A stretch of DNA of 64,000 bases from a virus, in IMG/VR virus record IMGVR_UViG_3300028920_000061, positions 17,023 through 81,022 of that record; one strand, given 5' to 3'. Position 1 is the stretch's first letter, and each line of letters begins with the position of its first letter. Positions 46,937 through 56,600 of the stretch are shown here, in pieces. The notes under the pieces were generated by a model. It was given only the letters and a program-made list of their open reading frames with translations. It was not told where the DNA came from and made no database searches. The position numbers and the translations under genes were made by a program.

Positions 46937-49930
46937 TCATATTTTTAAAACTGTTAGATTGTCAATACGAAAAAACTCAATATTCTTCACTTCCAGTTCA
47001 TCTGTAAAGGTACCCGTTTCTACATCAAGGTCATCGTCATATTTCGAATACGAGAACGTGATAGGTTGTACAACTGATGTGGCGTAATTATTATTGTACA
47101 AATAATTAATCATCTCCCTGACGTTGAGAACAGGCCCACTATTCTGGTCAAAATAACTTCTAATTTCATCAATCATCTGTTCTTCATTGATATCACCGCG
47201 GTATGACATGGAGAACGATATATTAACCGGCTGTTTATGCTTGACCAGTATATCACCAAATATTTTCCCATAGTCAGTCCCATCAAAAAAATCCTGAATA
47301 CTACTGATAACCGGATACGACCGATATTCAACAGTAATAGTGTTGATTGATGTGTCTTCCAGAACTATTCGTATGGTTTCATCTGAAGATAGATAATTTT
47401 CATCATCAGTACGGATGATTGAATATTCTGTAGGGGATATCGCTTCAACTTGTTCTGTCGTTCCACTTGCAGAAACGGAAACAATCTCAAGAACAGGCAT
47501 TGTACAATCATTTGCCGTGCTCATTTCGAAATATGAATCAGATGTATTTTTTTCAAGGACTGTTGTTACAGAGTCAGGCTCTTCAGAGTTCTGATATGTC
47601 ATTACATACACATCAGCCTTATTGTTGGCGTGATATTGCTGAGAAGCCAGATTTTCGAGCTTGATGTAATCAACTTTAATTATTGAATGAATATCATCTG
47701 CAAGGCTGCCACCATACTTTATTGATGGACGTGACGTTCCAGAAGTCGTAAGCATAATGAAAATGACTTTTCCATATCTGCTATTTACCACATATCGGTC
47801 AGAATTCTCAATCGTATGAGTAAGAAGACTTGTCGTTGTTAAGTCCTTCGTTCCGTCAGCATTTGATATTCCATCAAGGATAGACCACCCACCACTTGTC
47901 AACTCTGAAGAGGTAGTAGAGGCCACAGAATTGTTTTCCTTATCCCATATGTATGCCTCATATCCGTCGGTGAGAATGTTGTTGACGGCACCTTCTCCGA
48001 AGGCTCTCAGAAAAACAGTGAGAGGGTCTTCCATATCTTTCACGTTAATTGCGAAGAGAAGATTTGCTCGATGCTCGTCAATATCAAAAGCGTTGAGGTC
48101 GGCAACAATCCAGGCGTCATTTGGGTCCTCAGATTCCGTCTCAAGGGACACCTTCATCATTGTGCCATAATGCGTTGTTTCTGGATCCATTAATTCCTGA
48201 CGGAAAATATTAAGAACCTGCGAGGGCAAATTGAAATGCATGAAATTCTCAACATTGTCAACATCTGCGCCAGCATCAGGGTTGGGATCAACCTTTTTCA
48301 AATACAATGTGATTCGTAAGTCGTCATATACAACGAACTCGAATTCGTATTCTTTCTCAGGTTCAATTCTGAATGATTTTTCAGCCATTGCACCCATATC
48401 TGTAATAGATATATGGTCTGAAAAATCAGTGTCCGAAGCAAACACCTGAGCTTGTCCGTATCTCTCTGAATGGGCGAGATATACCACGGCGTTGTAATTT
48501 ACCGGGCTCGTGAGGGTGGCGTATTCGCTCGTTATACGAACGCCAAAACCAAGACCTGTAAAAGCATCAACAAGACCACCATTCGTTTCAGGATTCACCC
48601 CACCAAACATAATCTGAAGGTTACTGTTCAAAACTGCTGAGTCTGAATCATCAACAGCGGGACACGTAAAAGACCCTGTCAACTTCACACCAATACGCTT
48701 CAAAATATCCTTTGAAACTGAAACGACCTCTTCACATCCACCCGCAAGGGTGATTTCATTGTTATTGAAGTTCATTGATTCTATTGGAGATACACCATCA
48801 GCAAACTCTCCGAACTCACCATTCGGCCTCATATGGCATCCATAAATCCACTCGTCACTCGGAACGAGGACATCTGAAAAGCCAATATCCTCATCGTAAA
48901 TGTCGAACAGGTCGAGTGTGGAACGCTGCATGAAACCAGAGTAATCATTGAAAAATAAGCCTGAATACATGGCATCGGTGGCCTCTTGAGAAAGAGGGTA
49001 GCCATGGTAGGCTGGGTCATCTTGAGTGCTGTCGCTGGGCTCTATCGTGAGTGGGTATTCGAAATCTGAAGGGATTGGTATTCCCGCTCTGTAATCAGAG
49101 GCTGCGCTCCATGCTTCCGGAGGGAAAGATCCGAAAAAAGCGGCATGTTTGACTGAATTATTTGCCTGCGTTTTACCCAGATATGAAGCCACTTTTGTTT
49201 CGCTCGACAAGTCTTCACCTGAAACCAAATCTCTGGTCATATACTTGCTGCCTGGATTTGCGACAAACATCGAAATGATTGAAGGGAAGAATTCGGGTAG
49301 TCGAGCATACATGCTGCGAAGATTCATCAAGCTGCCATCATTAACGCCGTACCTCAGGCGTTTATAATACTGCTCATTAGTCTCGCGATTCGTTCCATTA
49401 ATGATTTTGCTTATATTCGTTGCAGTTTTGTACTGAAAATCAATACCTGTAACAGAAACGATTTTTCCTATTTCAAGATTGTATGAACTACCTTCCGAAT
49501 CGGCAATAATAGGAATATCAACGTAGTAAATACCATATGAGTCGCTGGATTTTTTGAATGAACTGGCGCTGACATATCCAGGCTGAACCGCGGAGAATGT
49601 CAAACTGTTGTATGCTACAGCCCTGAAATCTTCAGATACTTCAAATCTGAATTTGTAATCGAACCATATTCGAACTGACCCTGACGCCTTGCTTCCAACA
49701 GTTCGAGGCATGAAATATTTACCGCCAAACGCATCAAGTTGCTCCTCAGTCATTTGAGCCCATTGAGTAATATCATTTGATATGCGCTCATTCACTAAAG
49801 CATTATTGAAATCAGCTATGACAAGCCCAGTTGGTTTCACAGCAAGGTCATCTACAACCGTTCCCTGCTGACCGCTTGATGCCGAATACTCCGCGAACTT
49901 TCTTCTTATGAAAGCATAGAAATTAAACAT
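46937..49930 (-). CDS. Baseplate J-like (wedge) protein
   Basis: KASGSVRI.F, YYVDIPIIA..EGSSYN, NGTNRETNEQY..R baseplate-J motifs. Confidence 0.85.
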   Translation of the reverse strand: MFNFYAFIRRKFAEYSASSGQQGTVVDDLAVKPTGLVIADFNNALVNERISNDITQWAQMTEEQLDAFGGKYFMPRTVGSKASGSVRIWFDYKFRFEVSEDFRAVAYNSLTFSAVQPGYVSASSFKKSSDSYGIYYVDIPIIADSEGSSYNLEIGKIVSVTGIDFQYKTATNISKIINGTNRETNEQYYKRLRYGVNDGSLMNLRSMYARLPEFFPSIISMFVANPGSKYMTRDLVSGEDLSSETKVASYLGKTQANNSVKHAAFFGSFPPEAWSAASDYRAGIPIPSDFEYPLTIEPSDSTQDDPAYHGYPLSQEATDAMYSGLFFNDYSGFMQRSTLDLFDIYDEDIGFSDVLVPSDEWIYGCHMRPNGEFGEFADGVSPIESMNFNNNEITLAGGCEEVVSVSKDILKRIGVKLTGSFTCPAVDDSDSAVLNSNLQIMFGGVNPETNGGLVDAFTGLGFGVRITSEYATLTSPVNYNAVVYLAHSERYGQAQVFASDTDFSDHISITDMGAMAEKSFRIEPEKEYEFEFVVYDDLRITLYLKKVDPNPDAGADVDNVENFMHFNLPSQVLNIFRQELMDPETTHYGTMMKVSLETESEDPNDAWIVADLNAFDIDEHRANLLFAINVKDMEDPLTVFLRAFGEGAVNNILTDGYEAYIWDKENNSVASTTSSELTSGGWSILDGISNADGTKDLTTTSLLTHTIENSDRYVVNSRYGKVIFIMLTTSGTSRPSIKYGGSLADDIHSIIKVDYIKLENLASQQYHANNKADVYVMTYQNSEEPDSVTTVLEKNTSDSYFEMSTANDCTMPVLEIVSVSASGTTEQVEAISPTEYSIIRTDDENYLSSDETIRIVLEDTSINTITVEYRSYPVISSIQDFFDGTDYGKIFGDILVKHKQPVNISFSMSYRGDINEEQMIDEIRSYFDQNSGPVLNVREMINYLYNNNYATSVVQPITFSYSKYDDDLDVETGTFTDELEVKNIEFFRIDNLTVLKI

Positions 49931-49932
49931 GC

Positions 49933-50385
49933 TCAAGGCCTTCTGATGACAGGTAAATTGGTGACTATTACGTCATATGTTTCAGTTTCGACAGGCTCAA
50001 CCTGTATCTGTGCGAATATTATACCATTCTCAATATACATATTCAATAGCTGTGCTGCATCAAGACGTTCAGTATCAGGCAATCCCACCGGCTCATCCTG
50101 TTTGATTTATTCAACCGTTCTCTCTATGCAGACGGATATCGCCGATATGATTCCGTTAGGGTCATTGAGTACTTGAGGGCGAACGAGAAGTATATCTGCG
50201 CTACCTCCATAATTGTCGATAAATGTCGATTCGTCATCACCTAGAAGATACACTTTTGCCTGTGTAAGAAAGGTGATTTCAAAATGGTTGAGAAGCGCCC
50301 GGTTACCCGTCACCTGCCGAGGGTTGCTTGTGAGCGATATCTCAAACCCGCTTCTTAAATCGGTAATAAAGTCTATGTCTGCCAT
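49933..50385 (-). pseudogene. gp25-like baseplate wedge gene interrupted by in-frame TAA at 50107-50109
   Basis: VTGNRAL...FLTQ...YGG; after TAA the same frame continues IKQDEPVGLPDTERLDAA...PVIRRP* to abut the baseplate J start. Confidence 0.75.
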
Positions 50386-50400
50386 AATAGTAAAATAATG

Positions 50401-52413
50401 TTAGTTTTGAGCAACTGTACCTTTCAAATCAGTATCGTCGATATTAATCCTGTAACTATGGATGGTTTTGACAGCCTCAACCCGGTTCAATTCCTTCTCT
50501 TCCATGAACTGATTAGCCCTTGTGCTGAACTGTATCGGCTTCCTCATAGATTCTGCAGCAGCCTGCGCTTTGATTACTGACCCTTCAAACAAGTCTGGAT
50601 ACGCAACCTGACATGATTCAAGCTGCAGTCCATCGAGGACATCCTGGCCGTTCTTTGCGGCCAGTCCAACAACTAGCTTCAATGCGTCGAATGCGGCCGG
50701 CCCGACAAGAAACAGATTCATCAGGTCGGGATATTGACTCATGGCGCGTTCAAATTCTTCAATATAAGGACTGGTGGGTGGCGTGTATGATGTCAGGACG
50801 GATACTACATCAGAGTTGTGGCGATAAAGTTCCCGGAATGTTTTCGTGGTTTCTTTCAGCCTGTTATTGGTTGCCACAACCGCATTCTGGTTCGCAAGAA
50901 GACCAGTCGTCGCGATTGTTGATATGAGCCCCGCAACAGACGCAAGCATACGGGGATATGGGGAGGCGGCAGCTTCAGTTGGGTTTACTGCCCATACATT
51001 TGTCGTGCCATCCCAGTCAGGTATCTGCTCAAGGCGACCAATGAACAAGTCCAGCTTTTTACTTGCTTGATTCAGCTCTTCATCGGCATTGATAAGGTCT
51101 ATCAGGCTTTGTGTTATAGTCGCCGCAAGAGAAGCGTCTGCTGATATGAGCAGTCCGTTCCCGGCGCCGAGCTTGGTTGACATATATGTTGAACTGACAA
51201 AATCAGTGGAAGAGCTGTATTTCAATAACGCTTCTTCAAACATGTCCCGAACACGTTCCATGGAGGCTAAAGAAAAGCGCAACGGTGCGAGTACAGCAGA
51301 ACCAGCTCCATTACCGGCTTTTCCAATAAGTTCAATTATTTTCTCAATAAGTACGTTAATAAGCTCTTGTGATGAATGCAAGGAATAGCAATAACCCTGA
51401 CACTTTTTGTACTGTATGAATGCGTTGGTAAGGTTCGATTGAAAATCGTACAGCGCCGCCCCAACGTGTTGCCAATCAAGAGTAAATTGGTCTGATTTGC
51501 TGTTGATAATTCCAGAATATGTAGATGAGTTCGTAACTGCCTGTGCCTTGGCTCTTGTGCGTATAGTGGCTATGTCCCTTTTCTTTTTTGAATCAAGGGC
51601 TTTCAGTTTGGTCGAATACAGGGACGTATCTATTTCCTGCATGGACCCGCTAAGATATTCTTCTGTCAATTTCTTCTTATCTATTTTATATTGAGCATTA
51701 ACCCTGGATATCTGTTCTCGAGATTCTTTTTCAGCAGTAAGTTCGATATTCTCGTTAAGTTTTGCCTGATTTAAAAATACTGGGTCGGAATTTGTTATTT
51801 GTATTGCTGATGCCAGGTTGTCACGAAGATTGCGATATTTGTTTTCATCGAATTGGGCAGTCAAAAAACTATTTTCATCCACTTCCAGCTTCCGTATTAA
51901 AGCCTCACAACTTTCAATTGCAGACACTATATACGGTAATGAGTCATACATCTTAGCCGCATACCTGCCTCCGCCAATGTCATATGCCCATTTCGTTATC
52001 AATGTGAGGGCGGTGTTGAGATTTACTTTAGCCTGTTCAAGATAATACCTCTCACGTTCAGCGGCTTTGATGGCACGATTGAGTGGAAGTTTTATCAAAG
52101 CAAACATAGCCTCAGGGCCGGACATCAATATAGTAAGCAACGGCGCTAGAACCATTTCGATAGCTGCTGATGCCGCGGCTGATGTCTGGGCCACAACCTG
52201 TTGAGCTATTGATGTTGCCATAGTTGATGCCATTGAGATGACTTCAGATGCAATCAAGTCACCAACAGCACCTATCCCATACAGGATTTTATTCTTGAGA
52301 GAAAGAACGCGAAGAACAGCACGACGTATATCGGCAATAGTCTCGAGAAGCTGCGCCCAGACCTTGTAGACTTCAGCATATGCTGAACATATCGTTTTAG
52401 GAGGTGCTGCCAT
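50401..52413 (-). CDS. Helical virion-associated hypothetical protein
   Basis: 670-aa Ala/Leu-rich ORF coupled to the sigma gene. Confidence 0.75.
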   Translation of the reverse strand: MAAPPKTICSAYAEVYKVWAQLLETIADIRRAVLRVLSLKNKILYGIGAVGDLIASEVISMASTMATSIAQQVVAQTSAAASAAIEMVLAPLLTILMSGPEAMFALIKLPLNRAIKAAERERYYLEQAKVNLNTALTLITKWAYDIGGGRYAAKMYDSLPYIVSAIESCEALIRKLEVDENSFLTAQFDENKYRNLRDNLASAIQITNSDPVFLNQAKLNENIELTAEKESREQISRVNAQYKIDKKKLTEEYLSGSMQEIDTSLYSTKLKALDSKKKRDIATIRTRAKAQAVTNSSTYSGIINSKSDQFTLDWQHVGAALYDFQSNLTNAFIQYKKCQGYCYSLHSSQELINVLIEKIIELIGKAGNGAGSAVLAPLRFSLASMERVRDMFEEALLKYSSSTDFVSSTYMSTKLGAGNGLLISADASLAATITQSLIDLINADEELNQASKKLDLFIGRLEQIPDWDGTTNVWAVNPTEAAASPYPRMLASVAGLISTIATTGLLANQNAVVATNNRLKETTKTFRELYRHNSDVVSVLTSYTPPTSPYIEEFERAMSQYPDLMNLFLVGPAAFDALKLVVGLAAKNGQDVLDGLQLESCQVAYPDLFEGSVIKAQAAAESMRKPIQFSTRANQFMEEKELNRVEAVKTIHSYRINIDDTDLKGTVAQN

Positions 52414-53105
52414 TATCGGTACATCTTCACTTTCTCTGCCATTGCACGTTTCGCACGATGGATGGCCATTTCATTGGTCCCAAGCTTTTGCGCAATTTGT
52501 TTATTATTTAATTTAGGTTTACCGCCAAGACCAAGTGAATACTCAAGAATTGTTTTATCCCTGCCATGGAGTTCGTGATACAAGTAGTCAACAAGAAGCC
52601 TGTCACGGCTTTCCATCTGCTTGGCATTGCCGAAAAAATCAAACTCAGCTTTTGATGCTGTTACCTCACCACCAAGCTCGGAATTCATTCGTGATACTTC
52701 ATTGCGGCTCCATCCGAGCTCATCAGCCATTTCATCAACATTAGGCTCGTATCCGAATTTATCCTGCAGGTTATCCCGGACAGTCATAAATGTCGAACGC
52801 TTGATATTCCTGTACTCAGGAACGTGGCCGGAAGTAAGGCTTTCCGTGGCAACACGCTGGACTTTCTGCATCTGATTCCAGATATGGGTTGTAGGCTGCG
52901 TTCCCCTGTTCGGGTCATAGCTCTTAAAAGCTTTGATAAGTTGAGTAGTCGCTTTTGTTCTCAACGATGCGGGGGATATTCCGACAGAACGATACTTGTT
53001 CACCACGCTGTTAACAACAGGCTGATATTCAACCACCAGCTCGGTGAATAGCTTGGGGTCTCTGGTCTTCTGCCATTCGAGTATTTTTTCAGTCTTATCC
53101 GCCAC
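52413..53105 (-). CDS. Phage sigma70-family factor (regions 2-4)
   Basis: LIKAFKSYDPNRG...TTH (region 2), GYEPNVDEMADELGW (region 3), LNNKQIAQKLG HTH (region 4); GGAG plus GTG at 53105. Confidence 0.9.
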   Translation of the reverse strand: MADKTEKILEWQKTRDPKLFTELVVEYQPVVNSVVNKYRSVGISPASLRTKATTQLIKAFKSYDPNRGTQPTTHIWNQMQKVQRVATESLTSGHVPEYRNIKRSTFMTVRDNLQDKFGYEPNVDEMADELGWSRNEVSRMNSELGGEVTASKAEFDFFGNAKQMESRDRLLVDYLYHELHGRDKTILEYSLGLGGKPKLNNKQIAQKLGTNEMAIHRAKRAMAEKVKMYR

Positions 53106-55743
53106 TGAACACGACTCCTGAAGCTGTTTTGAGAACAGCCAGCTTGTATGCCTCAACCGCTTCCCGGCGTTCTCGTATGAATGCGGTAATTGGTGAATGT
53201 TCCCTGATACTGCTGAATCCACCGGATTCTATTTCAAGATCCTCTTGCGCCTCCGTTACCCCAAAATACTGACTTTTGATGACATTGTCGAGAAAATCAT
53301 TTTCTCGATTCACATACTCTGGAGGCGATGTTCCCGGAATGAGTGATGAAAGCCCGAGAATTCCATGATAGAAAGCATCTGCGGAACAGATGTTGCGATC
53401 TATGTAATTCATGCATGCCGAGTAATCAGAGAGAAGGTCGGGGCGATTGCGTTTCAGTTCCTGGAAAGCTTCGTGCATTGAATTGTAAGCAAACCATTTC
53501 CTGCCGACGTGACCAAGCATGAAGTGGTGGGAACGATGCTGGAACACCTGTTCGTAGAACCGGAAAATGCGATTCGGTTCATATGACCGGTCAACATAAA
53601 TGTTTTCATCTTTACCTTCACTCAAATCTTTTGCGCTTGTCGAAAGGAAATCTTTCACAAACAGGGCATCATCCGGTATTTTAACTTTCTCATTCAAATC
53701 GAACTTCTCTCCATCATCATCCTCTTCGACAATGGATACACCAGTTGGTACAAAGAATGGGTCTTTAGGAGTTTGCTGATCTTTCTTGAATTCAAGCTTT
53801 TCTATGTCAACTTCAGCATCATTAATGTCTGTCACAGGCATATACAAAGGCATACCATTAGCATCAAGGTCTGTCGGCTCATCTTCAAATCTCACATTAT
53901 TCATAATGACTGTTGTAGAAGCGTCGGCGCCCTGTCCGGTAATGTAGATATTATGACTAACTTGCTGCACCATGCCAATCATTGTTTTTGAAACATTCGT
54001 ATTCATCTCTTCTTCAGCACTGATGACAGCGCCAGGGAATCCTGCCATTACATAAGGATTGAACACCATATCAACAGTCAACACACGCCCCTGGTACTTC
54101 AAATTGACATATTTAATCATTGCATGGCGCTTATACGCGGTAGCCACATCATCACCAAATTTTGTCTTTGTTTGATAAGAGGCCTGTAATGCAGCATATT
54201 GCTTCTTCGCAACTTCAAGCTCTTTCTTTTTTTCCTGCATAACAGGGTTGTTTGGATCATTATTGAATTGTGCATCAAGACCAGATCCTGGATCAAGCTC
54301 TTTGGTAAGCCTGTCAATATCAGCCTGTGCGTCTGTAACCTTCTGTTGTTTTTCCTTACTGAGAGGAAACATGGACGTTGCTTTTGCGGCATCAGAAGCT
54401 GCAAGATTGTACTCAACCGTCCCATGATATACACTTACACCTTTGTATCTCTCTTCAAGAGTAAGGGGTAAACCTTTCGTTTTCTTTGGTTTATCCTTTG
54501 ATGCTCCAAATAAATCGTTCGGAACTTGAAACTTTAAATTCCCCCAATCAACCCCAGCTTTTGCAACAAGAGAATGAATAACACTGAAATATCCTCGAGT
54601 AATATCACTGTCATCATCACGCCGCCAGTTGAGACGGTCATACATTGGAGGAAAAAATAAGTTGCAATTTGGTGGTGCTGTAAACTCGAGTGGTGGGAGA
54701 AGCATTGTTTCATTCAATGTGTATAGGGCCCCGTATTCAGCCTTGTTCGCTACAAGAAACTTTCGTACACCTTCATCCATAATGAATTCAAGACCGGGAT
54801 TGTTTGCTTCCTGTAACGATATGAGAGTTGGTGTATTGCATGAATATACCCTACATGAAAACATACCGGCGGCATTCATCATGGCTGCTTCCAGACTTGT
54901 GAATCTGGAATTACCCATAATAGCGGTCCCCACCTCTATTCCAAAATTGTTTTTCTTCCAGAAATTGAATCCGGCATAGTTACGAGGAACGAGGAACCGC
55001 TTGTCAGCACGAACCCTCTTATTGAGGAATGAGTTTACTCGTGTTCCTCCCACGGCCTCCATCCAGATGCCTCGAATGAACGCATCGAGGAATAGTCCAC
55101 CGTTTGCTTTTTTAGTTCCGTTTGCACCTTCCACTTCAGTTGTAGTAAAATTCATTGCAGAGAATTTTTTTGTCTTATTGATCTTTGCCCCACCAAAGGC
55201 TGTCCCGGCTATCTTCTCCATGGCAAAAGCAAGATCGGTGAGCCCCTCAGTATTGTAAATTCTTGTTGTCACTCCTTGGTCAACAACAGTATCTTCACCA
55301 ACTTCTTTTGAGGTAACCAACTTTTTTCTTGCAATTGTCTGTTTGATGCCATGTACACTGTACTGGACCATCGTATCGCCAGGAAGCTCATTTGATGGCA
55401 AATATGCCATTGCGGCCGGCGACTTCCTGATATCCATCCTGAAATCGCGACAAGTAATCCCGATAGCCCTTCCGCCCTGCGAGTCTTCCCCTGTCACATA
55501 ACCGCTAAAAAAACCATCGGCAAGCATACGCCATGCCTTCGCGGCGGTATGCCATTCACGAAACCATATCTGTACAGCTGTTTTAGGTTTGAGGTCGAGG
55601 AGTTCTTTATTGACGTGGACGTTGATATTGAACTCGACGCCGTTTGGAGTGCATACAACGTTAGCGCTCTTGAAAGGTAATTCTATCCCTTCAAGATGCA
55701 TCTTGAATTCGTAATTGTATGCTCTGCCGGCTACCTTGTTCAT
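53095..55743 (-). CDS. Baseplate hub/tail-associated protein
   Basis: LEGIELP, PPNCNLFFP, FNPYVMAGFPGAVI...IGMVQQVSHNI (gp27/VgrG-like end); position after tape measure. Confidence 0.65.
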   Translation of the reverse strand: MNKVAGRAYNYEFKMHLEGIELPFKSANVVCTPNGVEFNINVHVNKELLDLKPKTAVQIWFREWHTAAKAWRMLADGFFSGYVTGEDSQGGRAIGITCRDFRMDIRKSPAAMAYLPSNELPGDTMVQYSVHGIKQTIARKKLVTSKEVGEDTVVDQGVTTRIYNTEGLTDLAFAMEKIAGTAFGGAKINKTKKFSAMNFTTTEVEGANGTKKANGGLFLDAFIRGIWMEAVGGTRVNSFLNKRVRADKRFLVPRNYAGFNFWKKNNFGIEVGTAIMGNSRFTSLEAAMMNAAGMFSCRVYSCNTPTLISLQEANNPGLEFIMDEGVRKFLVANKAEYGALYTLNETMLLPPLEFTAPPNCNLFFPPMYDRLNWRRDDDSDITRGYFSVIHSLVAKAGVDWGNLKFQVPNDLFGASKDKPKKTKGLPLTLEERYKGVSVYHGTVEYNLAASDAAKATSMFPLSKEKQQKVTDAQADIDRLTKELDPGSGLDAQFNNDPNNPVMQEKKKELEVAKKQYAALQASYQTKTKFGDDVATAYKRHAMIKYVNLKYQGRVLTVDMVFNPYVMAGFPGAVISAEEEMNTNVSKTMIGMVQQVSHNIYITGQGADASTTVIMNNVRFEDEPTDLDANGMPLYMPVTDINDAEVDIEKLEFKKDQQTPKDPFFVPTGVSIVEEDDDGEKFDLNEKVKIPDDALFVKDFLSTSAKDLSEGKDENIYVDRSYEPNRIFRFYEQVFQHRSHHFMLGHVGRKWFAYNSMHEAFQELKRNRPDLLSDYSACMNYIDRNICSADAFYHGILGLSSLIPGTSPPEYVNRENDFLDNVIKSQYFGVTEAQEDLEIESGGFSSIREHSPITAFIRERREAVEAYKLAVLKTASGVVFSGG

Positions 55744-56600
55744 GCGCCTCTGATTTGCTGATCTTGAACAGCCCTGGTATTCATTGCGATGGATTGGTTC
55801 TGGTTTGCCTCAGAAGTTTGTTCAGCTTTCTGAATCTCCGCAGCTGACAACAATGAGGGGTATTGGTCCACAACACGATGAGCATTGTTCATCTGATTGT
55901 ACCCAGAGGCCTCGACAACCTTAGTTCCGAGAACTACAGCATTGTCCCTCAAATATCCTTCATGAGTGATAATAACAGTAAATGAGAATGTCTTTGAGTG
56001 GGGAGTATCTCCACTCAAAACAGTTTTTATGTTCATGAGATACCCGCCAACAATTTTGTTGTCGTAAACTATTTTCATCTTGTAACCATTTTCGACACAC
56101 TGCTTGCCGGCAAGATATCGGTCATACATCTCCATAAACTCTTGATAGTACGGGTATTCCCATGTATCAAGAAAGATGCCCCTGAATGTGTAGACACTCG
56201 GACTGTCGCCGAAGAAGAACAAGTTCCAGCTATCACCGAAGTTCTGATGCAATTTGACAATGGGATCCTTTGACTCCATCACTTCGAGCAGTGAAAAGTT
56301 ATTGAATATTCCATAGTACAGACCGCGGCTGTTGTTATTCAAAACAGGGACTTGCCCTGGAACCGCTATAGCCCTGCTTGTTGTATTGTTAAGCTTCGGC
56401 TGGATAGCCTTGACAGGCGTGAGGCTGTTATCATCCAGATAATTTACAAGAGACCTGTTGAGAGCCGTTGTAATGGCCGGAGCTGAAGTATACAGAACAA
56501 TCGTAGCTACCGAATTGTCACGTTCCCGGAATCCAACCGTATACGGCCTGACGTTGTTATCTTGTCGATTTTGAATAAGGAATGGATTTGACAAACTCAT
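55740..56600 (-). CDS. Tail tube-initiator-like protein
   Basis: QNFGD...FFFGDSP.VYTFRG...YDNKIVGGYL...FSFTVII; immediately after tape measure. Confidence 0.55.
   Translation of the reverse strand: MSLSNPFLIQNRQDNNVRPYTVGFRERDNSVATIVLYTSAPAITTALNRSLVNYLDDNSLTPVKAIQPKLNNTTSRAIAVPGQVPVLNNNSRGLYYGIFNNFSLLEVMESKDPIVKLHQNFGDSWNLFFFGDSPSVYTFRGIFLDTWEYPYYQEFMEMYDRYLAGKQCVENGYKMKIVYDNKIVGGYLMNIKTVLSGDTPHSKTFSFTVIITHEGYLRDNAVVLGTKVVEASGYNQMNNAHRVVDQYPSLLSAAEIQKAEQTSEANQNQSIAMNTRAVQDQQIRGA

Noticed and set aside
50107-50109. Genome-wide stop-codon reassignment
   Set aside because: TAA, TAG and TGA all terminate well-formed coupled genes and long ORFs are intact in code 11; this is a single case.
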